A DNA stretch of 64,000 nt from the NCBI RefSeq assembly GCF_009914755.1, contig NC_060940.1; one strand, written 5' to 3'. Under the pieces are notes generated by a model that saw only the letters and a list, made by a program, of their open reading frames with translations, was not told the origin of the DNA and did not search any database. This document shows positions 27,965 through 41,071 of this stretch, piece after piece; the stretch's first letter is position 1; each line of letters starts with the position of its first letter. Source of the stretch: the human T2T-CHM13v2.0 reference genome, Homo sapiens. A program made the position numbers and the translations under genes.

Positions 27965-28050
27965 ATCACCTCTCACGTGGCCCCACCTCCAACACTGCAG
28001 ATTACAATTCAACATGAGATTTGGATGAGGACAATTAGGCAACCTATATT
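27965..28050 (-). mobile_element. MST-type MaLR LTR terminal fragment
   Basis: ggccccacctccaacactgcagattacaattcaacatgagatttgg. Confidence 0.85.
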
Positions 28051-31000
28051 AGTTTCACTTGTTAATTTTTGTTTTTCTTGCAATCACTTTTGGAGTCTTC
28101 ATCATGAAATCTTTGCAAGAGTCGATGTCCAGAATGATATTTCCTAGGTGTTTATCTAGGGTTTTAATAGACTTAGCTATTATATTGAAATCTTTAATGC
28201 ATCATGCGTTGATTTGTGTGTATGGTGAAAGGAAATGGTCCAGTTTCAATCTTCAGCATATGGCCAGCCAGTTATCCCAGCACCATTTGTTGAAAAGGAA
28301 GTCCTTTTTCCATTGCTTGTTTTTATCAACGTTCTCAAAGATCAGATGCTGTATGACCATTTTAACAATATTCATTCTTCCTATCTGTGAGCATGGAATA
28401 TTTTTCCATTTGTTTGTGACATCTACGATTTTGTTCTGCAGGGTTTTTTTTTTTTGTGATTCTTGTTGAAGTCTTTCACCTCCCTTGTTAGCTGTATTCC
28501 TAGGTATTTTATTCTTTTCGTGACTATTGTGAATGGGGTTGCATCCATGATTTGTCTCTCTCCTTCAACATTATTGGTGTATAGAAATGCAACTGATTTT
28601 TGAACATTGATTTTGAATCCTGAAACTTTACTGACATTGTTCTTCTTATCTAGGAGCCTTCGGGGAGAGCATATGGAGTATTCCAAGTATAGAATCATAT
28701 CATCTATGAGGAGACATATTTTGACTTTATTCTTATTTGGATGCTTTTTATTTACTCCTCTTGCCCGTTTCCTCTGGCTATGAGTTTCAGTACTACATTA
28801 AATAGGAATGGTGGGAGTGGACATCCTTGCCTTGTTCAATTTTCAAGGAAAATGCTTCCAGCTTTTGCCTTTTCAGTATGACGTGGCTGTGTGTTTGTCA
28901 GAGATGGCTCATTATTTTGCAGAATGTTCCTTCAATGTGTAGCTTGTTGAGGGTTTTCACGTAAAGAGATGTTGAATTCTATAGAAAGCCTTTTCTGCAT
29001 CTATTGAGATGATCATCTGGTTTTTGCTTTTAGTTCTGTTTGTGTGATGAATCACAATGATTGATTTGCACATGTTGAAACAACCTTGCATCCCAAGAAT
29101 GAAGCCTACTTAATCATGGTGGATTATATTTTCAATGCACTGCTGGATTTAGTATGGTAGTATTTTGTCGAAGATTTTTGTATGTATGCTCATCAGGGAT
29201 ATTGGCCTGAAGTTTTCTTTTTTAACTTGATCTCTGCCCGATTTTAAAATCAGGATGGTGCAGGCCTTATAGAATGAATAGGGAGGAGTTCTTCCTTCTG
29301 AATTTCTTTGGAATCATTTATTTGTATTGGTTCCAGCTCTATTTTATGTGGCTAGTAAGAATTTGAGTGTGACTACATCTGACCCAGGCCTTTTGTGGGT
29401 TGGTAGGCTTTTTATTGTTGATCCAATTTGTAACTCGTTATTCGTCTGTTCAGGGTTTTAACTTCTTCCTAGTTCAATCTTGGCAAGTTTCTATTTCTCC
29501 TAGATTTTCTAATTTCTTTGTGTAAGGGTGCACATAATAGCCTCTGAGGGTTTATTCATAGATATATATATTTTTTCAATCTATATTTCTGTGGGGTCAG
29601 TGATAATGTCCCTTTTGTTATTTCTTATTCTTTTTATTATAATCTTCTCTCTTCCTTAATTAGTCTACCTAGTGGTCTATCAATCTTGTTTATTCCTTCA
29701 AAAAAACTAACTTTTCATTTTGTTGATCTTTTGTATGGCTCTTCATGTCTCAATTTTATTCCATTCAGCTCTGTTTTTGGTTATTTCTTTTCTCCTGCTA
29801 GTTTTGGGGTTGGTTTGCTCTTCTTTTTCTAGTTCTTCTAGATGTGATGATAGGTTGTTAATTTGAGATATTTCTGACTTTTTGATGTGGGCATTTAGCA
29901 CTATAAACTTCCCTGTTAACATGACTTTAGCCATATCCCAGAGATTCTGGAATCTTGTATCTTCATTTTCATTTGTTTCAAAGAATTTCTTGATTTCTGC
30001 TTTAATTTCATTGTTTACCCAAAAGTCTTTCAGGAACAGATAGTTTAATTTCCACATAATTGTATGCTTTTGAGAGATATTTTTGGAGTTGATTTCTATT
30101 TTAATTACCCTGCGGTCTGAGAGTGTGGTTGGTATGTTTTTTTTTTATTTGTCAAGAATTGCTTTATGGCAGAGCATGTGTTCTATTTCAAGTTATATGC
30201 TATGTGTAGATGAAGATAATGTATATTCTGTTGTTGTTGGGTGAAGTGCCCCCTAGAAGTCTGTTAGGTACATTTGGTTCAGTATAGAGTTTAAGTGCCA
30301 AATATTTTTGTTAGTTTTCTGCCTCAATGGTCTGTCTAGTGCTGCCAGAGGGATGCTGATGTCTCTCACTATTATTGTGTGGTTATCTATGTGTCTTCAT
30401 AATTCTTTAAGAACTTGTTTTATGAATCTGGGTGTTTCAGTGTTGGGTGCATATATATTTCTGATAGTTAAGTCTTGTTGAATTGAACCCTTTATCATTA
30501 TGTAATGCCCTTCTCTGTCGTTCATGATTCTTACTGCTTCAAAGTCTGTTTTGTCTGAAATAGGAAGATCAACCACTGCCCTTTTTTGTTTTTTGTTTGC
30601 TTGGTAGATTTTTCTCCATCTCTTTTCTTTAAATCTATGGGTGTCGTTGCATTGAGATGAGTCTCTTGAAGATAGCACACAGTTGGATCTTGTTTCTTTA
30701 TTCAACTTGCCACTCTGTGCTGTTTAAGTGGGACATTTAACCTGTTTACTTTAAAAGTTAATATTGATATGTGTGTATTTGATATTGTCATTGTGTTGTT
30801 AGCTGGTTGTGATGTAGATTTGATTGTATACTCACTTTATAGTGTCAATGGTCTATGTATATAAGTGTGTTTTTGTGGCGGCCAGTAACTGTTGTTTCCG
30901 TATTTAGCATTCCCTTAAGGGCCTCTTGTAAGGCAGGTCTGGTGGTAACAAATTCCCTTAGCATTTGCATGTCTGAAAAGCATTTTATCTCCTTGCTTAA

Positions 31001-33102
31001 GAAGCTTGGTTTGCCTGAATATGAAATTATCTCTTGGAATTTATTCGCTTTAAGGATGCTGAATATATGCCGTCGATCTCTCCTGGCTACAGAGTTTCTG
31101 CTGAAAGGTTTGCTGTTGGCCTGATGGGATTCCCTTTGTAGGTGACCTGCACCTTCTCTCTAGCTGACTTTAATATTTTTTTTCTTTCTCATTGTCCTTG
31201 GAGAATCTGATGATTACGTGTTTTGAGGATGGTCTTCTTGTATACTGTCTTTCAGGGCTTCTCTGAATTCCCTGAATTTGAATGTCAGCCTCTCCAGTAA
31301 GGTTGGGAAATTTTTCATTGACAATGTCCTCAAATATGCTTTTCAAGTTGCTTGCTCTCTCACCTCCACTTCAGAGATGCCAAGGAGTCGTAGGTTTGAT
31401 CTCTTTACATTATGCCATGTTTCTTTTTTTCCCTGATTTTTATTATTTTTTCTTTCTTTTTGTCTGACTCAGTTAATTTGAAGAACTTGTCTTTAAGCTC
31501 TGAGGTTCTCTCATCAGCTTTGTCTATTCTGCTGTTAATACTTCTGAAAGTATTATTAAATTATTGTAGGGAGCTTTTCAGCTCTATTATATCAGTCTGG
31601 TTCTTTCTTAAAATGGCTATGTCATCCTTCAGCTCTTGTATAGTTTCACTGGATTCCTCAGTTCCTTCTATGTGCTTTAACTTTCTCCTGAATCTTGATC
31701 ATCCTCATTGACATCCAGATTCTAAATTCTATGTCTGTCATTCCAGCCATTCTGGGCTGATTAAGAACCGTTGCTGTGGAGCTAATGAAGCTATTTGGAA
31801 GTAAGAAGGCACTCCGGCTTTTTCAGTTACCAGAGATCTTGTGTTTGTTCTTTTTTCTCTGTGTGGGCTGACGTCACTTTAATATTTGAAGTTGCTCTCC
31901 TTTGGATGGGGCTCTTTGCTTTTATATTCTTTGAAGCTCTTTAGGTGTAATTGTGTTATGAGTTGGGTTCAGTCAACTGCATGATTTCAGGGAGCCAAGG
32001 CTCAGCCCACCACTCTTGGGTTGCTTGCTCTAACCCTGGGGTACTGGGAATAGGCTCACACCATTGTTCTCTGGTCCCAATAGTTTAAACATCTGCTCTT
32101 CTAGAGAAGCTGAGGTGGGCCTGGACTGCTGTGGAACAGCACTTCAATGTGGAGTGCTGGCAATAGTGCTTTGTTGGGACAGTGGCAGCACAATATGGTT
32201 TTTGTGTATGGGTGCACTGGTGGTGGCAGGGTGGCCGTATGGTGCTATCCTCACACATGTGTTCTGGGAGTAGTGAGGCAATGCGGTTTGTGTGTGTGTG
32301 TGTGTGTGCACCATTGTCAGTTGTGCAGTGGAGTCCACATGCACATGTATGCTGTCAAAACATTGTGGGTAGGCTGTGGGCAGGTGCACACCAGCAAAGC
32401 ACTGGGAAGTCACTGCAGGCAGGTGTGTGCCAGTGGGGACCCATCTGCAGAAGTTCTCTGAAGGTTAGACATGGTATGCTAGTGAAGAAGCTATGGCAGT
32501 GACAGCAGGAAAGTGCCCAAAATGGACATCTTAGGCTGTTCTGCAAGTAGGTGTGACTGGGAAGGGACCCTGGGAGCAACCAGCAGACAGTGGGGAACTC
32601 AGATCAGACTGGCCCCGTCCCACAGGCACGATAGCCATGTTCTTCCCAAGTCCAACAGTCAACAAAGGCCAAAGCCAGGTAGAGGAGCATGGCAATCCAT
32701 GAGGGATGGGTGTCCCTGGCCACGTTCCACTGCAGCTGTTTCCATGCCACGACTTCTGGACTCTGCATAGGCTGGAGGCCTGTCCCTGCCAACTCTCCAA
32801 ACAGCTCGCCATGCCAGCTCAAAGGTCCATGGGAGTTGTGAGGCCTCCTGCAGCTAGGATTCTGAAAGTCCTTGGCAAGAGTGAGCCATTGCATGCCTAT
32901 TTAATTCATGCCTTCCTAGGAGCTTCCTGGAGTTCAGCAACTCCATGCTGCATTCCTGGATTCCTCTTCCTTCAGCCCAGGGTCCGTGGCCTCCATTCAT
33001 CAACACTCAATGCCTTCCTTCTAAGGATCTGTTTGGAGTGTGCTGGTCTTCTTTGTGGTCTGGCCTCTGGATAAAAGAATCTCTTCCTGGCAGCATCTCA
33101 GT
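28051..33102 (-). mobile_element. L1PB/L1P4-like element, 5'UTR-ORF1-ORF2, 3' end missing
   Basis: Decayed ORF2 peptides in ORFs 30397..30705 (endonuclease: GHYIMIKGSIQQ, NIYAPN), 29743..30057 and 28423..28698 (RT: [29 protein letters not shown]). ORF1 region about 30980-31750. GC-rich 5'UTR about 31800-33100. Confidence 0.93.
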
Positions 33103-34725
33103 TACTGATTTCTGTATATTGACTTTGTATTCTGCAACTTACTGAATTTATCAGTTCTGACATGGATTTTTTTGTGAAATGTTTGAGGTTTTCTAAATAT
33201 TAAATCATATCATCTACAAATATGGAAAATTTTACTAATTTTATTCAGACTTGGAAGCCTTGTTTTGTCTGACCTTGCTAATACTTTCAGTTCTATGGTG
33301 ACTAGAAGTGAGAGTAGGCATCTTTGTCTCATACTGTATTATATTAGAAGAGTTTTCAGTTTTTCCTCATTGCTTATAATATTAGGTGTGAGTTTTTCTT
33401 AATTGCCTTTATCGTGTTGAAGAACTTCCCTTCTATATGTAAATTGTTCAAACTTTTAATAAGAATGCAATGTTAAACTTTGTCAAATCATTTTATGTGT
33501 CAATTGAGATAATCACATGATTTTTATCTTTCATTATGTTAATGTGATATATCAAATTAATTGATTTGCATATGTTAAGCCAGGCTTATATGCCAAGGAT
33601 AAATCCTACATGGTCATGATGTATAATCTTTTTGATGTGCTGTTGGATTCTGTTTCCTAATATTCTATTGAGGATATTTGCATCAATGTGGATCAGATAA
33701 ATTGTCCTATAGTTTTCTGTTCTTGTGATGTCTTTATCTGGTTTAGGTATCAAGGTGATGCTGACCTTATAAAATGTGTTTAGAAATAATCTCTCTAGCT
33801 CTATTTTTTAGATGAGTTTAAGGAGTATTGGTATTAATTCTTCTTTGTAGAATTCAGCCATGAAGACATCTGATTCTTGGCTTTCTTTTTTAGTTGTTTT
33901 ATTACTTCTTTAATCTCTATTTGCTACTGATCTATTCAAGCTTTCCATTTTCCTGATTCAATCATGGTAGGTTATATTTTATTCAGAATGTATCTGTTTC
34001 CTGTAGGTTACTTAGTTTTTGGCATATATAGTATTTTTTCATAAGTCTCTTAAAATCATTTTTATTTCTAATTCATCTGTTGTAATATCTTCAGTTTAAT
34101 TTTTGATTTTATTTTTTCTAGTCACTCATTTTTTTTCTTAGTCTAGCTAAGAGTTTGTAAATCTTAAGTATTTTTTTAAAAATCAACTCTTTTTATTAAT
34201 TTTTGTGTTTTTTCTATTTTCTATTTCTGTTCTCATTTGTATTTTTTTTCTTTATTCTGCTAACTTTGGGTTTAGTTTGTTTCTCTCTTTCTAGTTCCTT
34301 AATGCATCATATTAGGCTACTTGTGTGAAATATTTTTTTTTATTTTTAAGTAGGCATTTCTCACTATAAACTTTCCTTTTAGAACTGCTGTTACTGTATC
34401 CCATACGTTTTGATATATTGTGTTTCTTTGTCATTTGTCTCAAGACATTTTAAATTTTACCTATGATTTCTCCTTTGATTCATTTGTTGTTGTTCAGAAG
34501 CAGGTAGATTAATTTTTACATCTTTGTAAATTTTTCAATACTCCATTTGTTATTGATATCTAGTTTCATACCATTGTGATGAGAAATAGTTCTAGATATG
34601 ATGTCCATCGTCTTAAATTTTTAAAGACTCATTTTGGGTCTTAACATTTGGTCTCTGCTGGAGAATGTTTCATATGCACTAAAGAAAAATGAATATTCTG
34701 CTGCTGTTAGATGGGAAGTTTTGTA
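33103..34725 (-). mobile_element. L1M ORF2 fragment (probably the continuation of the L1MA host)
   Basis: actgatttctgtatattgactttgtattctgcaacttactg...ctggagaatgtttcatatgcactaaagaaaaatg. Confidence 0.85.
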
Positions 34726-35644
34726 TTTTCCCTCTAATTGAGTTATGTAAATAACAGGGCTGAATCCATGAGCAAATTTTGGGGGATAAAGGTAATTTGG
34801 TTTGCAAATATTTCTAGAGTCATTGCAATTGTATCTACATTCTCATATGAAGGGCAACACAAAAGCACATATCTGAAATTTTGTGACTTAAATTCTTACT
34901 AAGAACATGTACTGGTAACAATGGAAGGAAACCTGGAGATGAACTTGTCAAACCCTTCTCCTGTAGTTGAGTCACCATCCTTAATAATCATATCCCCAGG
35001 AGCTACTGATATATATATAAAGATACCTATGTTCAAAGGAGACAATCTTTATGACTCTTTTTTTCCTCAGGTCTTTGATAAAGTAAAGGTAGAAAAACGG
35101 AACAATATGACTGACTCTAGACATCACCCTACGGCCTAATAATTTGCTGCTTCACATCTGCTGTAGCATGGGTAATGAGCTGATGGCAGCCAATGAAGTT
35201 TGGGCCCATATGGTTCACCTGGGGTGCATGATAAGACTAATTCCACTTCCTGTGAAGCAGACATTGGGATCTCTCCTATAAGTGGAAATCATTTAAAGTT
35301 CTATCCATCAGAGAAATGGTGTGTTTAAACAAAAGAAAAATGATGTCTATTAAAGTAGTAGATCTTAGACTCAAATTTCATGTTAGTTTCCCTGCACCTA
35401 TGCCTTGCAGAGAGTGCGTGACCAGGGTGCTAAGGCAGAGTTCACATTATGCAGAAGCAATTGGCAAGAAAAGTGTTCTGGCACAAAATTATTTCCTGGA
35501 TAATATGGAACAGTGCCTGTGTGTCTCAGAGAGACAGCCACTTAAGAGCTGGGTTATTGAGATTCCTGAAAGTCCCTGTCTTTATTTCCTTATCCGTTAA
35601 CTACATTTTTTTCTATATAAATTCAAGAAATGTTTATATAGTGC

Positions 35645-36162
35645 TGTATTAGTCAGGATTTTACAGAAAAAGAGTGAATTGGGAATGTGTGTGTTGTGAT
35701 GTGATGTCTGTGTGTGTAGGTAGTGATATATATATATATATGAAAGAGAGAGAAACAGAGAGAAATTTATTAAAGGAATTGACTCACATGATTATGGAAG
35801 TCTAGAAATCCCAAGATCTGCCATCTGTAAACTGGAGAACCAGGAAAGCTGGTAGTGTAATTCAGTCTGAGACTGAAAGCCTGGGAACCAGGTGCACTGA
35901 GGTCTGAACACAGGAGGAGAGGGATAACATAGCTCAAACAGGGAGCAAACACATCCTTCCTTTACCTTTTTGTTCTATTGAGGTCCCCAATGGATAAAAT
36001 GATGCCCATCCACATCAGTGAGGACAATCTTCTTTACTCAGCCTACTGATCTAAATGCTAATCTCATCCAGAAACATTCCCACAGACACACCCAGCAATA
36101 ATGCCTTACTAGCTGAGCATCCCTTAGCCCTGTCAAATTGAAACATAAAATTAATCATTGCA
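35645..36162 (-). mobile_element. MLT2B-like ERVL solo LTR
   Basis: tgtattagtcagg...ggaattgactcacatgattatgg...cccacagacacacccagcaataatg. Confidence 0.88.
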
Positions 36163-36174
36163 AGTACCTACTGT

Positions 36175-36612
36175 GGGCCTCTAATGAAGAGATGTTCAAA
36201 TCTCTAGCCCACTGTTGAAAATAGATTTTCTGTCTTTATTAATTTGTAGAAGCTGTTTATATATTCTGAAATGGAGCCCTTTTCTTAGTTATATTTATTA
36301 CAAACCTTTTTTTTCACTCTGTGATTTGTATTTTCACTCCCTTAATAGACTCTTTGAATGAATAGACGTTGTCAAATGCAATAAATTCCAATTTAGAGAT
36401 TTTTTTTTCTTACGGTTGATACTTTCTGGGTCCTGTCGGAAAGAAAGCTTTACTTACCTCAAGGTCATAGACATTGTTTAGCCCATGTTTAACTCACAGA
36501 CATTACTTACCTCAAGGTCATAGACATTTATTATTGTAATAATAAATATAAACTTTATTATTTCAGACGTACAATCCACCTAATTGATTGGGGAAATGGG
36601 TATGTGTGTATG
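36175..36612 (-). mobile_element. Ancient L1M ORF2 fragment (resumes at 38056-38175 after MER52)
   Basis: tgttcaaatctctagccc...tttatatattctg. The sequence reads through across the MER52 TSD. Confidence 0.6.
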
Positions 36613-36616
36613 GCAC

Positions 36617-38051
36617 TGTCATGGGATCCTTGGGGTGTCACATCACTAGCCGGAAACCTCTGTGGCCGGCGGCACCTTCTGCCTGAGTATTGCTTGTGCC
36701 CGTTGGACCCATTCTGCCCACTCGCCTGGCAGGCTGTGCTCACCTCACGCTACTGGCCCGGATCCCATACTTGCCAACGGTAAGCCAGGAGCAGAGTGGT
36801 GAGGGGTGTATGGGTGAGCGAGCACAGGGTCCGGCCGCTGCACACAGCCAGGCACACAGGGCGGGCAGCTCCAGGCGCCAGCACAACTGTGTGTTCTGTG
36901 TGAGGGTGCGGCTGGACCAGATGTACTGCACGTGGCTTTTGCTGCGGGCACCTGCATCTGAATGAGGGGAACGCAGTGGCAACCAGAAGCTTGGAGACTC
37001 CAGGAACCACAGAGCCCCAAAGAAGGGCATGTTTCAGCCCTGTTTGTGTTACTGCTCTTTCAGTACCACCATTCGGCAAGTCTGGAGTTCTTATCCCAAG
37101 TTCAGGAAGAATAAGGTGACAACTGGAGGGTGAGCAAGGAGGAGAGAGTAGCTTTATGGAGTGACAGAACAGCTCTCAGGAGACCTGAAGTGGGTAGCTC
37201 CTTTCCGCAGCCAGGTGACAGTGATGAGTGTCCAGCTCTCAGCAGAGAGGAGACTGCGCAGGGTAGAACTCCTTTCTGCAGGCAGGTCATCCCAACGCCT
37301 GTTAGAATTTGGCAGAGTCCAGGGTTTTTATGGACTCATAAAGGAAGAAGTTCATGCTGATTGGTCTATGGGCAGTCATCTGCGAGCTGGGAAAAAGCAC
37401 CGTCAGTTCTCACTCCGCACTGTGGACTCCACCAGGAACTGGCAGCCTGGCCCCCAGGCTTCAGGCCATCCCTGGCTTGAAGGTGGGGTTTGAATGGGAA
37501 CCCAAGCCTTTGAGCCCAGGAACCTGTTGTCTTCCTCCTGCCGTCAACATGCCATCCACGGTGCCCCGGTTTTTCATGCTAAGGGGCGCCTGCAGGTCCA
37601 CCTGGAGCCACCCTTAGCCCCGCCTCGACCTCCTTCCCATGCTCATTGGCACCTAAAGTCCAGAGGGGGCTGAGGTTGCAGGGGGCCATCGTGTCAGCAC
37701 TGCCCTGAGCACGTGCACACCCAGCCGTGTTGCGAAAGCGCCTGGGCTCAGCCACAATTTTGCTCTGTCCCTGTGCGGGCACTGGGAGTGATCGCAGACA
37801 CTTTCGACCCTGCAGGGACAGGGGGTTTCCTGGGCCTCCGAGAGTACAGAGATGCTCGGGTCCAGAACCATGGCTGGGCGGCTGCAGCTGCACCCGGAAG
37901 TGCGGGCTTCCTGCCCCTCCAACTTGGTGGAGGGCAGCGGTGCCACCTGTTCCCGGTCCCTGCTTGCTCTGTGAAGCACGCACCCCACGCCTCCTCGGCT
38001 GTAGATGATGTCCCCACAACAGCTGCTCCAGACAGGCCGCCACCACCATCT
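36617..38051 (-). mobile_element. MER52 (MER52A-like) ERV1 solo LTR, 4-bp TSD GCAC
   Basis: Ends tgtcatgggatccttggggtgtc and ccagacaggccgccaccaccatc. gcac at 36613-36616 and 38052-38055. GC/CpG-rich. Confidence 0.9.
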
Positions 38052-38182
38052 GCACAAAGTGGAAAGTAATCAAGTTTCTTCATTTTTCCATTTTGAATAA
38101 CTAATTAGCACAACAACCGTTATAAAAATATTATTTTCTCACATTTTTGCAATTATATTTTTGTCATGAAAATGTTTCCAGG

Positions 38183-38440
38183 GACTGGGCATGCTGTTTC
38201 AAGCCCGTAATCTCAGCACTTTGGATGGCTGAGATGAGAGGATTGCTTAAGACTAGGAGTTCAAGACCAACCTGGGCAACAGAGAGATACTATGTTCTAT
38301 AATTTTTTATTTTTACTTTTAATTAGCTGGGCTAATTAATCCTAGCTACTCAGGAGGCTGAGATGGGAGGATCACTTGAACCCAGGAGATGGAGGTTCCA
38401 GTGAGCTATGGTCAGGCCACTGCACTCTAGCCTGGGAGAC
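38183..38440 (+). mobile_element. AluJ-like, tail-less, rearranged linker
   Basis: gaggattgcttaagactaggagttcaagacc; gggaggatcacttgaacccagg; gtgagctatg. Confidence 0.9.
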
Positions 38441-38544
38441 TAGAGTCATAATGCTGTTGCCTTTTAGCAGCTTTGATGTCCGATAGTCTAAGTCTTTAAA
38501 CTTTTTTTTTTTTCAAAATTGCATTTTCTGTCTGTAAGACTTTG

Positions 38545-38975
38545 AATTTATGTTTTTGAAAATATTTTATCTATTCAGAATATATATGTAGCATAGTGCA
38601 TAAATCATGAGTGTAAGTTCAATGCCTTTTCACAAATTTATTATACCCCCATACCTAGCAGTCAAGAATTCACTTTGAGCCTTTCTAAACTCACTCCTAT
38701 CACCAATCCCAAAAGTAATCACTATTCTATTATTAGATTAACTTTTCATGCTTTTGAATTTATATAAGTAGAATTATTTAACCAGGCTACTCTTTCTGCC
38801 CACTTGTGTCCACACTTTTGGCTTTTATCAATAATGCTAATATAATTATTCTTATACGTGATTTTATGTATACATATATACATACATTTCTGTATGTATA
38901 CATTTTAAGATATATAATTAAAAGTGGAATTTCTAGTTTGTAGGGTGTGCACATGTTCAACTTTAGTAGTTAACA
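38545..38975 (-). mobile_element. L1ME 3' fragment
   Basis: gtgcataaatcatgagtgtaagttcaatg; cacatgttcaactttagtag. Confidence 0.6.
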
Positions 38976-41071
38976 GAAAACAATATATTTTAAATGTTCT
39001 CTTTCTTTTATGAGTGCTTTTTACAACTGTTTCCTTTAATTTACTAACTCTCTCTTTAGCTCTGTCTTATCTGTTATATCTCTTTTTATCCCGAGTGTTT
39101 TTATCTTTTAGGTTTTTTCTCTTTGTGGTTTTGGTGATTGTTGTTATTATTTCATGTTGTCTGGTTTTCCCATATGCATGATGATTTTCAATTAAATGCT
39201 AAGTTTTGCATATGAAAATTTGTAGAAATAGCCTGACAGTTGGAAGTGATAACATGGTTTTCTGGAGGGACAATCCCAGGACCTTTTATTAGCGGGTATT
39301 TGTTTCTGGTTGGCAGCTGGGCCTTGAGCTTCATTCAGTAAGTCCATATTATTTTAATCTAGTTAAAATTTTAAGTGATTTTAAACTAGATGGCACACAT
39401 TTTCAAGGTCAGTTTATACCCTCTTGTCTTTTACTGATAGGGTTTTCCTTTGGGCCTTTAATTCAAATCATGATGGTGTTACCAAGCCCCTTGTACTTCA
39501 GAGGACCCTAACTACATTTTCCCTCTGACACACAGACTGTTAAAATCGATGCTCAGCCCCCGCCATTCAGCTGGTGTTTGGAAATCAAGTCTCTCAATAA
39601 AAATGCAGTATAAAATGCCAGTCTCAGCAGCCAGGGCTTCAGGTCCCACTTGAAATTTGATCTTTTCATTCCTCGCTTTCCTGACTTGGTATTTCTCCAA
39701 TAACTTCACACATTAAAAAAAAAAATTCTGGTTTTCTGAGTGAAATAATTAAGTATCATACAGCTGTACATGGCCTGAAACACTGCCTTAATTGGCAAAA
39801 TAGTAAAAGAAAAAAATCCAAAATAATGCTTTCTAGTCCCCTTCACACCGCCATCCCTTTTTCCCCAAGGCTGTTAAGTAATAGAGTCAGTTAGACTTAA
39901 TAGGGAACAAATTAGGTAAATTATTTGTGGCTAGCCCAGGAGATAATGCTCTATATTTTTCAATGCTTGTTATCCTGTTTAAAGCTATAAGGTTTTAATT
40001 ATTACTTCAATTGGATCTTACAATATAAACTGGAGACTTAATCACATTATTTTTGCCTTTAGACCTAGATGGACTTTACTGATCCAAAGATGGTGACTGG
40101 GAAATATCATTTCCTCAACAAAAAAGTGAGAAGTATATGTCACCACTCTGTGAAAAATTTGAGCAGAGAAATAATATAGATTTTTTTTGTAGAGCAAACA
40201 CAAGTGGTAAAATTATATCTCAGATATTACATTTCCTTTGGGATAATCTATTGAATATAACCCTATCATTTTGGTCAGAATCATTTTAACTGTGGGGTTT
40301 TTGGAAAGGTAAGTGTCTTTCTACTTCCCCAGCAGAAGACTAGATCATGTCTCATTCAGAACTTTTGGGGTATTGCACTTTTTATCTTCATCATAAAAGA
40401 ATATGAAACAGCAAACACATCATGCTCCCTAAGTGTAGAAATCTCTTCATTTCCTTTCATTTGTCTTTTTCTGTTATATTCTCTCTCTCTCTTTCTGACT
40501 CTCTCTCTATTTCTCTTTCATTCTGTCTTTTTCCTTCCTCCTAAACCAGTATATGTTACACAGGAAATAAATTTTAGATAGCTGAACATAGAGATGAGTC
40601 ATTTCTCAAGATAAGCTCTCACTCTAATAAGGACATATGTACCAGAATTTTAGTCCTTTGATTTATGGTGAGAACTCTTACTATCCTATCCACCAGAAAA
40701 CTCACAACTTGCACATGAATTTTCTATTCTCTTCTTTATTAACAAGCTAAGATGTTATATAGAGTTTCTGTCCTCAGGGAGCCTACTTTCTAGTGGGTCT
40801 CACTGCTTGCTCATTTATGTGCTAGGCACTGTGATTGGCATTTGGAAGTAATTGAATAAATATTTACTTACATGAGCAATTGGATGAAAGGAAGAAAATG
40901 AACGGCTGATTGCTGGGTGACCATGGAATTAGAACAAACGGAATTAGGTGTTTCAAATACTTATTATGTTAAAGTTATACTAAATTGAAATGTCCATATC
41001 CCAAGTAAGAGTGCCTTTCACAAAAGCAAAAAGTCTGGGTTCCTATTTTAACTTGATTACCTTGGGTGAGG

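Noticed and set aside
28423-30705. ORFs with reverse-transcriptase and endonuclease-like peptides
   Set aside because: Frameshifted, stop-riddled L1 ORF2 remnants. Not a functional gene or a novel RT system.
36450-36528. Repeat-spacer-repeat resembling a CRISPR unit
   Set aside because: Only two copies, primate context, no cas genes.
36558-38083. Dense overlapping ORFs up to 164 aa
   Set aside because: A by-product of the GC-rich, stop-poor MER52 LTR. No recognisable protein.
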